Below the pieces are notes generated by a model. That model was not told the DNA's origin. It saw only the letters and a program-made list of their open reading frames with translations, and made no database searches. Shown here one piece after another: positions 13,396 to 25,783 of a stretch of DNA of 44,670 nucleotides. A program made the position numbers and the translations under genes. The stretch is taken from NCBI RefSeq assembly GCF_001194135.2, contig NC_068983.1:90536308-90580977 (forward strand). The letters are read 5' to 3'. Position 1 is the first letter of the stretch. Each line of letters starts with the position of its first letter. This DNA comes from Octopus bimaculoides. Taxonomy: Eukaryota.

Positions 13396-13761
13396 TTTTT
13401 TTCTTAAACAGTATGCCAAAAAGCATCGACTACTAAAAATATACTATCATGTTTTAGCTACACTTTCTACCAAAACCTAAATTTTTCTCTAGATTTTACT
13501 CTGCATTTTCATATTTTTGTGACCATTTCAATTCACATTCAAATGACAATTTTGATCTGCTATCTAGATGCATCATCTCATCTTACATTTTGACATAATA
13601 AAATATTGAATTATTAGTGCTGTATTTTTTTCTTTCTAGATATATACTTTCCATAACTATACTTTATATTTGATACTATATGACTGTCTCTGATTAATAC
13701 ACCATTCTGTAGTTACTGTCACTGTTACATCATTTTAGTCTCCTCCACAATCATTAAAATG

Positions 13762-14354
13762 GTCTATCTTTTCCACCAATCAATCTTACTTGTTGTAATC
13801 ACTACTAAACACATTACAAATTTTGTTTTGAGAAAATTAATTTAATCTTTATTCTGAGACTTTTATATATAAAATCCAGGATTTCGGATATAAGTGCTTT
13901 CTCTCAACTTTCCATCAGAGATTCTATTACTATTCTCTGATTAACACCAGGCATTTCCTACTGCTGCAATTACCAGAGGATTATAATCAACATACACAAA
14001 TCTTTATAATCATTTTGACAATAATCATACAATGTTCACTTGTTATTACCAGTCATATACTTATTTGATTATAATTGACTTATACAAAATATTCTTATTC
14101 ATTAACATCTATGTATTGTAATTTACATAATCCTTTCACTACACTTGCAAATAATAATAAAGTTGACACATTATTTCAAGTCATCTCCTTAGGTGATTAT
14201 AATCAACATATAGTAATTATTACAATTAATTGTCTATCTTTTCCACTGATCAATCTTACTTGCTATAATCACTACTAAGCATACTACAAATTTTATTTTG
14301 AGAAAATAAATCTAATCTTTTTTCTGAGACTTTTATATATAAAATCCAGGATTT
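13762..14354. repeat. About 123-bp direct repeat (13762-13884 and 14232-14354)
   Basis: gtctatcttttccac..atcaatcttact...ctgagacttttatatataaaatccaggattt is present twice, 470 bp apart. Confidence 0.75.
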
Positions 14355-14369
14355 TAGATATAAACTTCC

Positions 14370-15230
14370 ATTGAAGCTACTGATACTATTCTAGAAATAA
14401 TGAAGGAACTTGAAGTAGAGGATAGAACAAAACCATATATGCCTTGGAAACCCAGAATTAATCTTAAGGACCATAATGGAAATTTTCATAGTAATCCAAC
14501 ATATAGGCTGATATGTCCATCAAAATCTGACATAAGAAGAATAAGTACAACAATTACACATAGTATAAATCTCTAATTTAACTTACACTATAGATATAAT
14601 TAGTTAGTTCAGTAGCTAAGAAAATTTTAAAAAGTAATAAGTTTATACAATTAGATATATCCAATTATTACTCAACTATCAATCCAATAAGCATTATTAT
14701 TTGCAAAACGAAATTCAGACTTATCTAGACATGAAACTGACATATTAACATCACATGCATGATAATTGATTATGATGAAAAACTATGGATACAATCAGAT
14801 AGAATTTATTGCTTTGATATAATGATGGGATCAAGTTACTCAGTGCAAGTCACTGATCTTTTCAGTATTTATATACTTTTCCTGATAGAATCTTGGATTC
14901 CTAAAGTAGGTGGTGGTAGTGGTAGTCTGTATAGGAGTGAGAAGTATTCAAATTTTTTAAAAACTTAGGGCTATCTATAACAATTGAAAATGACCATAGA
15001 TAAGTGAATTTCTTAGCTGTAATGCTTAATCTAAACACAGAAATGTTTGAACTCTTCCACAAACCAAATGAAAATTCAAAATACGTTACAAAAAACTCAA
15101 ACTATTCCCATTCGGTATTAAAAAGTACAGTAAAAAGCATGTAAGATAGAATTTCAAAACTATCTCCAAATAAAACAATATTTAATGCACATGCTGAGTA
15201 TTACAACATGGGGAATAAATGAGCCATAAA
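14370..15230 (+). mobile_element. Second Penelope-like RT fragment, degenerate
   Basis: NPTYRLICPSKSD, FIQLDISNYYSTI, FDIMMGS, and VNFLAVMLNLNTEMFELFHKPNENSKYVTKNSN, which parallels the element at 1430-1520. Confidence 0.75.
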
Positions 15231-15269
15231 ATCAACCTCTCCTACTGCAAACCAATTCTAAATCACCTT

Positions 15270-15690
15270 TGATGTCATCACTCTGATGCACTTCTGGTCT
15301 GTGTTTGGGCATTTTGCAGAAAGGTTTCTCATGTCCAGAATATTGTGGGTGATGTGGCCAATTCTTTTGTGGGAAAGCCTCAGAGTCTTGGCTATGACTT
15401 TAGCTAAAATCCAATGATCCTCAAGAATAGTGATGTGTATAGTGTTGGGGTTTGTCCTCTGTGGTCATGGAAATTGGCCATCCTAACCAGTGTTCATCTG
15501 TGACTTCAAAACGACCAGTCCAAAACCGTGACACATATTTTCACTATGGAGTAAGATGGGCAACCATCCTTCAAGACTTCCTTCATTTTACCATGGATTT
15601 CCACTGTGCCTTTGACTTGCAGGAAGAGGAACTTCATGACCGTCCATGCTTCAATGTTATCAAAATCCACTGTAGGAGCTGCCATCATGT
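15270..15690 (-). mobile_element. Tc1/mariner transposase N-terminal (HTH) relic
   Basis: IEAWTVMKFLFLQVKGTVEIHGKMKEVLKDGCPSYSIVK, followed out of frame by GHFEVTDE and RPQRTNP. Confidence 0.75.
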
Positions 15691-16700
15691 GTTAAATCTG
15701 CAAAAAAGAGAAAGATATATTGCATACCAACATGATTTTTTGCATATCTTCTCCTAAACAGTTGTCCTACCTTTCCTGTAAAGGTAACAGCTCTACTTGT
15801 TTGTGATACCCTTAAAGCCAGGAACTTTTCAACACTCCCTCACAGGTGGATAAGCATACTGAGAAACTGGATAAAGATATAAGAAGTAGGATAAGAAATA
15901 CAGGGGATAAAAACAGTAGCCATCAATATAAAGGCAAATATCGAAGAAGAATGGATAAAAATAATCATAAGGACAAAGAGAAGAAAATAGTGGTTAAGAA
16001 TAAAATAACCAAATTTAATCCAAGTTGAAAAAGCTATAGTAGAAACTTCAATAGTTTTACTAAACTCAATAAAGCATTACATAAAGATGACATATTATGG
16101 TTAATCCAGTATTTGGATTACAAGTCAAATCCAAAATTGTCCCTGAATCTTTCTCTGCATTAGATAGACATTTTCTTAGGTCTTTAACTAGCATAGGGGG
16201 AAATTGTCACATGTGATATTCCACAACCTAGAATACTACATGCATAGAGTAAAAAATAAAAAGCTAAATAAGTTAAGACTAGAATATGATAACAGAACTC
16301 AGAATAGTGCAAATTTGGGACAGGATAATAACTATTCTGAAAATCTTGATGTAAATGGCAACATTAGCATGGAGGAATGACTTAGAAAACAGAACAAAAA
16401 CAAATGGAGATGGAGTTATGGAAGAAACATTCAGAAACAATCAAAATAGAAAAAAACAATAGCAATTGCACAAATATGCACAATGTGAAATGAACTAAGA
16501 ATAAGAATGAAATTAGAGGAAGCTAGGTTACAAAAAATGAAATTAAAAGTGCAGCTTCTGAAACTTGAGAAAGAACATCATATATGAATGTAAAGTAGAA
16601 ACAAATGCACATACATATGCATACTTAGGTGCAATGAGCAACACTCTCAAAACCGCCTTAGAAACCACTGTAATAGTGTAGCAATTCTCAATTTCCTTAA

Positions 16701-16926
16701 TACAGAAGGTTGAAAAGATTGGCTATAAGTAGGGTTTACTCTTTTAAGAATAAGAGTACTGTATCTGTCAGTAGTTGCTGCTGGTCAGCAGACAGCCATG
16801 TTTTAAATACCCTTACTAGACTTTGTTTTCATCCCAAAGCCTCATTTCCAACTGGCTGTAGTAATATTAATAATAGTGAGTATAACATATATAATTATAG
16901 TAATAATATCAGTAATTATTACCACA
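16701..16926 (-). repeat. 3' LTR of second gypsy element
   Basis: tacagaagg...gtaattattaccaca; begins TG on the minus strand and abuts the PPT. Confidence 0.85.
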
Positions 16927-19900
16927 TTCTCTTCTGCTGAAGAATCTGAGTACTACCAGGTGAGTTCGATACGTTTTTAAGCATCAAAATATAACATGGG
17001 GCATTCCAATATTCCAGATAGTTTATGTCTTTTGATTTTGCAAATTGTATGAGTGTAGGTGCTGTTCACCAACCTTTCAGTTTCTTAAGTTTTATGAGTG
17101 TAGATGCTGTTGAGCTGCTTTCAATTGCTCACGATATCAAGTTTTGAGTTGTTAGTTTCTTCTTTAGAATCGATACCACTACTGGTTCTGGTTTCAATTG
17201 TCGGTGTTTCCACTTTGAGATTATTCACAGGTTCCTGGTTGCACAGTGAGGTATCAAGCTCAGTTGGCATATCTCCCACCCAGAGCCAGATGTTTCAATG
17301 AAGCCATTTCCTCCTTGCCACTTGAGTGTACATGAGTGTACTGTGGATTGCATTCAAGTAATTCAAACTTTTCTACTGCTGGATCGTATTTTGAGAACCG
17401 CTGTTGTTTCTTCAGAAGCACAGGTCCACCCTTCACTTGCCACTCTGATAGTGAGATTCCAGAAGTTGAGCGGTGGTGAAAAACTGAACAGCTCCTCATG
17501 AGGCGTGGTGTTAGTGGCCATACAGAGGAAGAAGCGAAAAGAGTGCAGAGCATCAACGAGTATGCACTGCCAGTGACTCACACTCAGTCCCTTAGACTTC
17601 AATGCCAAAGTAATGGTTTTCCATAAAGTTGAATTGAGCCTTTCAACTTTGCCATTCCCCACTGGATTGTATGGAGTTGTCCTGCTGGTTGCTATGCCTT
17701 TATCAAGGAGGAATTGTTTCAGTTCAGCTGACATGAAGCCAGTGCCATAATCAAAACGGATGAAAGGAGTCCAAAAATCGAAAATAGTTGATAAAGACAA
17801 TGAATGACAATAGCAGCTGATATATCTGACCATGCAAATGCAAATGGAAAGAAGGAAAATTCATCGATAATAGTGAGTAAATATTTGTTGTGATTAGTGG
17901 ATGGGAGTGGACCCTTGAAGTTTACACTTAATCTCTCAAACGGCTGAGTGGCCTTCACAATTTTAGCTTCAGTGGCACAAAAAATCTAGGCTTCAGTTTG
18001 GTGCATGTGGGACATTGAGATGCCACAGATCTTATGTCATGAGTGGAAAATGGTAGATTCTTTGACTGCATAAAATGAAGCAATCTTGTCACACCTGGAT
18101 AGCACAAAGAATTGTGGAGGTGTGTAAGGTCCATGGGGTAGAAGATGCACAATAACCCTAAGAAAAAGCATCTGCAGCTTTGTTCTCCATACCTGGCCAA
18201 TAAGCAACATTGTATTCGAAAGAAGATAGCTCAATCCGCCATCATAATATCTTGCCGTTCTTGACTTTACCTTAGTGTTCGTTGTTGAACCTGAAAGCCA
18301 CAGACTGTTGGATGGTCACTAACTGAAAATGAACTCCAATAAGGTAGTGTTTACATTTACAAAGAGTTTGAGTAAGGGCGTAGGCTTTCTCTTCCACTAA
18401 GGTATGGTTCTGTTCACTGGAGTAAGCATTCTGAAGAAGAAGGATACAAGTTATTCATTCTGGTTCAAGGTTGCACTGATAGTAATATCAGAAGCATCTG
18501 TCTCCACAATCAAAGGTACTTGATGGTCAATGGTGACCAAAGCAGTGCCCTCAAGCTCTGACTTAAGGTTCCAGAATGATTGTTCGACAATATCAGGGGT
18601 GGAGGAAAGGTCTTATAATGTATCAAGGGTGTGATTTTGTTGGAAAATGGGCGATTCAGTGAGAATAATAAGCAAACATCCCGATGATCCTCTCATGTGC
18701 AAACATCCTGATGATCCATCTTGAGGAGACAGGAGCTCGTGTAAGGGGCAGAATCATTCTGGATTTAGTCTGATTACCTCTTTGGACACTTTGTAATGCA
18801 GGAGCGTGATAGTCCTGGGGCAATGACTATTTTCTTATCATTGAAAGTAAGCCCATATGTCTTTGCGACCTGTAGGAATCTTTCACAATTCTCATCATGT
18901 TCTCTTCAGTTATGCCCACATATTGTGACATTGTCAATATAGGCGAAAGTATCCTGTAGTTTTATTTGTTAGATAAGATTATCAATGATATGTTGAAAAC
19001 AAGCCATACCATTTTTGACTCTGAATGGTATACGATGGAATTGATATAGGTCCTCACGTGCTTTGAATGATGTAAATTTTTTCTCATCTTTGCATATAGG
19101 GATCTGATGATAAGCACTCTTAAGATCAAAAGTAGTGAATATCTTGTAGCGAGATATTTTCTCAACCAGCTCATCAATACATGGCACAGGATAGGTGTCG
19201 AGTTGTGTGCATTAATTGATTGTCTGACTATAATTGATTACCATTTGCCTTTTGTGTGAGTCATCACTGGTGACTAAAACTTGCATCCTCCTGGGAAAAT
19301 GAGATGGTTCAATGATTTGTTCCAATAAAAGACAGCTGACTTCACTTTCGACAAATTTCTGATCCAGCAATGACAGGTGCCTGGGTTTAGTAGCAATAGG
19401 TTTGCAATGTAGTGAAAGCGACCCAAATAGTGTAGGAATGTCAACATGAGCCGCTGTCAAGCCACAAAGTGAAAATGGAGGTCTGAGTCCTCTGAAGGCT
19501 ATGTTTACTTGTTCATGCTGGTTCAAAAAATCGTGCCCAAGTAAGACATCTGAGCAAAGCTCAGGTAAAAGTGAAAGCTTCATATTGGGGGTAATCATTG
19601 TCACAATAGATCAATTTGGCAAAACAGTGACCTCATGTAACACTTGACAAGGTAGTAAAGGCCATCAAAATTGGAGTGTTTGATGGATGGATATGCTAAC
19701 AATGTGAGTGTACAATATGAGATGATATCTAACTATCGGAGCTTCCAGTATCAACCAGAGTGTTGAGTTTCACTCCATTTATATATACTTTAACAACAGC
19801 AGAAAACAATGATACTGGAAGAGCTGCAGAGAATATGGCAGACAATGTTGGATCTGTGTATGTAACAAAGCATTTGTTCATGCGAGATGATTGATATACC

Positions 19901-20611
19901 TGCTAGAAGTGACTGACTTTGTTGCAGGCTTTACATGTCGCTTCTCAGGCTAGGCACTTGGTTCATGACTTTGTTGAAGCCAAAAGATATTTAGGCATGG
20001 TGGCCGCTAAATTGGCATTGGGTACAGTGTTGTGTTTTGGGCTGGGAGGTCATGCAGCACAGGATTCATTGGGGGACTGATTGACCTTGAGTAACTTGAA
20101 GATTGAGCCTCTGCAGTTTTGAGCATCTATGCGTGGACGAAGGTCTGGTCAAGATCTAGGTTGTCCTGTTTCAACAACTGCTAGCATATGCTACTAGAAT
20201 GCATCCCACTTATGAAGGCATCTCTTACAGCTTCATTGAGATGTTCAGTAGCTGAAACAGCTTTGTATCCACAGTCTTTCACCAAAAGTTTGAGGTTCTG
20301 GAGGTATTGATCTAAACTTTGTCTGTACTCCTGCTTGCAAGTATATAATAAGTGACATGCATACACTACATTCTTTGGTTTCATGTATAGTGAGGTAAGA
20401 ATGTCAAGGGCTCTGTTGTACATGTTGCGGTTCATGATATATTCAAACACATCAGGATCAATGTGATTGGCAAGCAGGTGGAATATATACTCTTCCACTG
20501 CATTAAGCTGTCTAGGTAGTTGGTAAAAATAAAATACTGTTTTTCAGCAGTAGGTAAGGCTAGGTCAATGTCAGTACACTCCAGGTATAGTGCTTTGTCC
20601 ATTTAGAAGAG

Positions 20612-20856
20612 TACAGAAGGCTGAAAAGATTGGCTGTAAGTAAGCTTTACTTTTCTATGAATGAGAGTACAGTATTCATCAGTAGTAGCTGCTGGTCAGC
20701 TGATAGCCATGTTTTAAATACTCTTACTAAGCCTCGTTTTCATTCCAAAGCCTCATTTCCATTCCAAAACCTCGTTTTCAACTGGTTGTAGTAATATTAA
20801 TAGTAGTGAGTATAACATGTATAGTTATAGTAATAATATCAGTAATTATTACCACA
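20612..20856 (-). repeat. 5' LTR of second gypsy element
   Basis: Same sequence as 16701-16926 with scattered substitutions and a ~19-bp internal duplication. Confidence 0.85.
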
Positions 20857-21624
20857 ACCACATTACATCATTTTCTAATAGGTCCAAGAGTCAATGTATT
20901 TTGCTTGTGGACCTTGAGTAGAAACTCAAAAGAAAGGGGATAGGTTATGTAACAACGTGGTCAGTATTAAGAAATGCAAAACCATATGATGCACAGTCTA
21001 GAGTTTGCGATTTCGTCCACGCATGGATGCTCGAAACTGCAGAGGCTCACTCTTCAAGTTACTCAAGGTCAGTCAGTCTCCCAATGAATCCTGTGCTGCA
21101 TGCCCTCCCAGCCCAAAACACAACTCTAGAAATAATTTTATGTAAAGACAAATTACTTAATAAGTGTTTTGAAGTTATACTTATGTGTAACCATAAACTA
21201 AAAAATTCATTTATAGGATTCGAGAAAAAATAATATCAAGAAATTTCAGATAATGTTGAAACTGTTTATATTGTAACACTCATTAACATAAATATTGATA
21301 GGTTAGAATTGTTTGCATACCTGTTAAAGGAATTGTAATAAGTTGTATAAGTTGTTTGCTTTCCCATAAACAGATGACTACTGATAACAAGTTAACATTG
21401 TTGCTTGCATGTTCAGCAAAGTCATTGTTAAAATTTATATAAGTAGGAACCACTATGCATTTTTGAAAGTATTTAAATGTAATTTTTACTGTACTTTTTC
21501 ACGAAGAGCATCCAAAAAGAAACATTTTGATACCTCATTTGTGAAACATGGATGACTATTTTAGGAAACAGGACAATTTTAATGGTAAGCAAATTGGTCA
21601 AAATCTTGCCTGATTGACCCAAAT

Positions 21625-21880
21625 CAGTGTTTCTCAACCATTTTTTACCTATAGAACCACTTTGATTCCTATTTTACTCAGATAGACCCTCCTAGCCATT
21701 TGATGTTTAAAAAATCCTATTATATTTTTATAATTAAATATTATAAGGAATTGTATTTAAAAAATTGTTAAAATATTTTGTGTACTGTAGAAGTATAACC
21801 AATTTATTGTACATAAATTTTAACAACAAAATCTTATATGGATCTCTAAGGGCCATATGGACCCTTGTTGAAAATCAATG
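21625..21880. mobile_element. hAT (Charlie-like) MITE
   Basis: Left TIR CAGTGTTTCTCAACC, degenerate right TIR tgttgaaaatcaatg, and an 8-bp TSD acccaaat (21617-21624) / acctaaat (21881-21888). Confidence 0.75.
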
Positions 21881-22870
21881 ACCTAAATGAATAATTAGTC
21901 ATGTTTGTAATGTCATATTATTGAAACTGGGGTGATAATCATCTTCAAATTACACAAATTAATAGTGATCATAGCACAGCAGTTGCCCATTTTTTCAGGT
22001 TCTTGGGAAGGAAACTTCTTTTGGCAATTTTTTTAAAGCCTATTTTGTTATGTGTAACAAACAGTCAATTTCACAGTGTTTTCAGACCTAGCTAAATCCA
22101 AAAGTACAAGCCACAGGGACTACATTTGTTGTAGGTATAGAACTAAATAAATCCTGAGATTTGGGGACATGACTCCATTGCGATAAAATTTTAATGGACT
22201 ATTAAAAATAGTTATAAATGATGGGGCTTCAGATCAGAGATTTTGACCGGGAGTTTTTTTTTTTTTCTTTTACATTACAGACTTGCAAATAATGGCAGCA
22301 ATGGTTTCATGAAAATATTTTTGAAAATTTATGATTTTTTCCATCCCCTCCTCTCCCCTCTGGACTGATTTTAGCCAATTTGTTTGGCACTATACACTTA
22401 AAAAAACGATGTGAGAAGCCTTTTTGATTAAAAAAAAAAAATTGAAAGTATTTTCTAATGTTAAGGTGTGTGATTTAAGGAAAATTTAGTTGTATACGTA
22501 CAAAAAATATGTATGCAATTGGTATACATACGTGCGTGTGTGTATGTGTGTTGCTCATATATATATATATATTTATATAGATAGGATGATAAATTGAATA
22601 TTAATTCAATTTAAAACCAAGTGGCCTAACATATAACAAATCTGAAAATTCAGAAAAAATTGTATTACACGTGTATAAGGGATGACCACTAGGTGGACAT
22701 CGAATATGCTAGAAAGAGGTCATCAACGACCCAACCACAAAGAAAAATTATGTTCTCCAGAAAAATTTCGCAAAACGCCAGAACAGGACAAAATAAGAAA
22801 TATACAGAATAAAGAATTATCTATGGCCTGCTGCTGTTTCGAACATTAACGTTTTACTTTCGTAACATGC

Positions 22871-22953
22871 NNNNNNNNNNNNNNNNNNNNNNNNNNNNNN
22901 NNNNNNNNNNNNNNNNNNNNNNNNNNNNNNNNNNNNNNNNNNNNNNNNNNNNN
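22871..22953. other. Assembly gap (83 N)
   Basis: Run of N. Confidence 1.
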
Positions 22954-22969
22954 TATATATATATATATA

Positions 22970-23287
22970 TACTTAAGACTTTGTTGTGAGATCTGAACAG
23001 AACCACTTCTGACACAGAGAATCGGGAGGCCTTTTGGTCATTCTATTTTCCTTGCTGGAAGGGTTCCTAACCCAAGAGGGGTTAGATGATGGCGGTGGTG
23101 GTTTCAAAGGGATGGCATGTGTAACCTGATCACCTCTGCCGATCAAACTCTCAACCCATGCGCTCCAGTTGCAACACTGATTCTGCCCAAATTTGACGTC
23201 ATGTTACTTAGTTTGGTTTGAAATAAAGAACTTGATTAGCTTAATAATCGCAACTTAATCCCGGGCAAAGCCGGGCTATACTGCTAG
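22970..23287 (+). mobile_element. Non-autonomous Helitron, 3' end
   Basis: GC hairpin CCCGG-gcaaag-CCGGG (23260-23275), 8 nt, then CTAG (23284-23287) followed by T. The 5' boundary is approximate. Confidence 0.65.
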
Positions 23288-23990
23288 TATATATATATAT
23301 ATTTATATGAGCAACACACATACACACATGCACGTATGTATACCAATTGCATACATATTTTTTGTACGTATACATGTTCGTATGTATGTGTGTGTGTGTT
23401 GCCCGTATATCAACAAAACACACACACCTTGCCTTACATATATATACGGATAAATGATTTGAAAGAAATATATTTTGGAAATGGCGATTTACGGTACAAT
23501 ACCTAGAAACGTGAAAATCAGACCACATGGGTTTGTTTACATCAGTTCGGCAGAGATAGAGAGAGAGCGCTCTCCCTCTCTTACACACATTTATCTCTCT
23601 TTCTTTCTTTCTCTCTCTCCCTGTCTCACATACACAACAACATTACACACACACACACACATGCTGCTCTCTCACATTAACAAAAGAACTTCACATACAC
23701 ACCACACTTTCTGTCTCGCATACTCACTATAAAAAGATAGCATCTATTTCTTTTTGGCAACGTGTTTTGTGTGTAATGTTACTGTGTGTGTGAGAGAAGG
23801 AGAGAGAGAAAGAAAGAAAGAGAGAGAGATAACTGGCATGTGTGTAAGGGAGGGAGAGAGAGAGAGAGAGAAGGTATTTTTTTCTTACCACACAACTGTT
23901 AAGAAATAGCCGCCCTCTCCTACTTTTTTTTTGTCAGACGGTGGCCAAGAAAATGTATCTCTCCTTCACCCTCCCTCTCACAAACATACA

Positions 23991-24022
<32 letters not shown>

Positions 24023-24730
24023 CCTTCACGCGCGTACGCACAGATTTGACTTCGCCATGTCAACAAATTTCAAAATTGGTAAAAGTTTATCGATTTTTAC
24101 AGCTATACGCGGGTACCTCTGAGAGAGAAAGTTCACTAAAATTCACATAGGGTCATTCTGAATCTGCTCCTAAAATTGGAGCAACATGCGTGCTAATTTG
24201 TGGACGTGCATAACCCACATTCACGTACACACACATACAAACATCGTCTGTTTTATAGATATAGATAACAATTATCTTGATCTATCCCCATCCATTTTTA
24301 TATTAAAAAAAACCCCAAAAATCTTCATCTTTGTAACAGAAAATTAAAAAAATTTATATAAAATATTGGAAAGAAAGCAAGCCTGTAATGTAATAAGTGA
24401 AAGAAAGCAAACCTACGATAACCAGTGGAGCTTATGAGGTCACTTGAAACCAAACAGCTGGAAAGCATAAAGATGATAGATACTTACAAAAAGTTGGCTA
24501 GGGCTGTAAAACGATGGCATAGCAATCAAAACAATACCTTGTGAATTTATTTACTTATTTTTTATTTTAACCCATCAACACACTTCTACTACTCATAAAG
24601 CCATCTTCAGTTTTATTTTATATTTTTATTGTACTACCACTATCACTTAGAGTTGATTTTGTTGTTATTTTTATTACTGTGAATACCATGAAGGTTGCCT
24701 TTATTCTGTTGTTGTTAATGTTGGTGGTAC

Positions 24731-25019
24731 TATTATTGTGATATTATTTGTCTATTTGTTCATGTGTCACTACAACAATATGTGTTGCCTGGAATCTAAT
24801 AAACTGATTTGTGGATAGTAGTGAACATCATATATCTGAGGAAATTCAGAAAATCCCACAGCGTTTGATTGCATTCCATTCAATTATACAGTAATTCTAA
24901 AGAATAATCTAACAAATTATATGAATGCAATTATATTCAGCAACTTAAAACTGGTGTCTGGTGCAGAAACAAATGTTGTCATTTGCTATTAAAGCCAAGT
25001 ATATTCTATCCTCATGTTA
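24731..25019. repeat. About 290-bp unclassified repeat, inverted copy of 13077-13395
   Basis: See 13077-13395; this copy lacks a ~40-bp block present in the other. Confidence 0.8.
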
Positions 25020-25211
25020 TATTATTCTTATATACATGTGTGTGTGTGTGTGTGTTCATAATATACAGAAAATAGGTATGATATTTACAGAACATACACA
25101 TGTTCCAGCAAAATGTTATATTCTACATAGCAATTATAGAAACATTATACAATCTTGCACTGTACCACATCAAAGTTCTGCAATAAATACAATGACAGAT
25201 GCTGAAAGCTC

Positions 25212-25367
25212 CAAATATATACAATTTTCTTGTTACACAAATATATACAATTTTCTCATTACACAAATATATACAATTTTCTCGTTACACAAATATATAC
25301 AATTTTCTTGTTACACAAATATATACAATTTTCTCATTACACAAATATATACAATTTTCTCGTCACA
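25212..25367. repeat. Minisatellite, 6 x 26 bp with a 78-bp higher-order period
   Basis: Unit CAAATATATACAATTTTCT-NN-T(T/C)ACA; NN runs TG, CA, CG, TG, CA, CG. Confidence 0.95.
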
Positions 25368-25737
25368 TGCCATAGCAGGAGACAGAAAACTTACCATGGA
25401 TATAAGAGGCCACACATCTTTCAAACTGAAGTAAGTGTGACTAGAAATACATACATATACTCAGACCTGTTCCCCATTTTTTAGGAGCGGGTAGCCACAA
25501 TAAGACACACACCAGGCATTCCATTCATTTCCCAGCTCAAAGAGGAGAACCCCGTCCTATGCTCTGGTCAAGGCCTAGAATGCAACACCCAATATCAGCA
25601 GTGGGGCCCAACAGCATATGCTGGTTTACCCCTGCTGCATCATGGTGCAATAAAAGGTAATAACTACACAATATGAAGAACACCGACCATACCAATACCA
25701 GATGGTCGTTAACCACTCAGGTTATAAATTCTGCACT

Positions 25738-25783
25738 ATGGCCGGTATCTGACAGACGTTACAGTCTGTCAGATACCGGCCAT
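25738..25783. repeat. Perfect 20-bp inverted repeat with 6-nt loop
   Basis: ATGGCCGGTATCTGACAGAC-gttaca-GTCTGTCAGATACCGGCCAT. Confidence 0.95.

Larger units (their letters stand above)
16701..20856 (-). mobile_element. Second Ty3/gypsy LTR retrotransposon with both LTRs, degenerate (about 4.2 kb)
   Basis: gag (20181-20498), protease LVDTGS (~19740-19770), RT fragments (18962-19604; DLKSAYHQI, IPF), RNase H ETDAS (~18500), integrase CYPGVTRLLHF / PFERLSVNFKGPLP / GNGKVERLN (17363-18200). A minus-strand PPT (AGAAGAGAA) lies at 16927-16935. Confidence 0.9.

Noticed and set aside
16537-16587. ATG-MKLKVQLLKLEKEHHI as DAW1 exon 1
   Set aside because: Only MKLK matches; there is no RYYPPG, no splice donor, and an in-frame stop follows.
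22800-22870. Minus-strand CGAAAC near the gap as half of a hammerhead
   Set aside because: No CTGANGA is visible and there is no cleavage triplet; it cannot be evaluated across the gap.
23241-24150. Several 60-115 aa ORFs, also those at 41774-42525
   Set aside because: Composition is dictated by (CA)n, (GA)n and (TA)n microsatellites; there is no homology signal or splice logic.
25212-25367. CRISPR-like array, or the 157-aa ORF at 24961-25434
   Set aside because: Units are head-to-tail with no unique spacers, the context is eukaryotic, and the ORF is repeat read-through.
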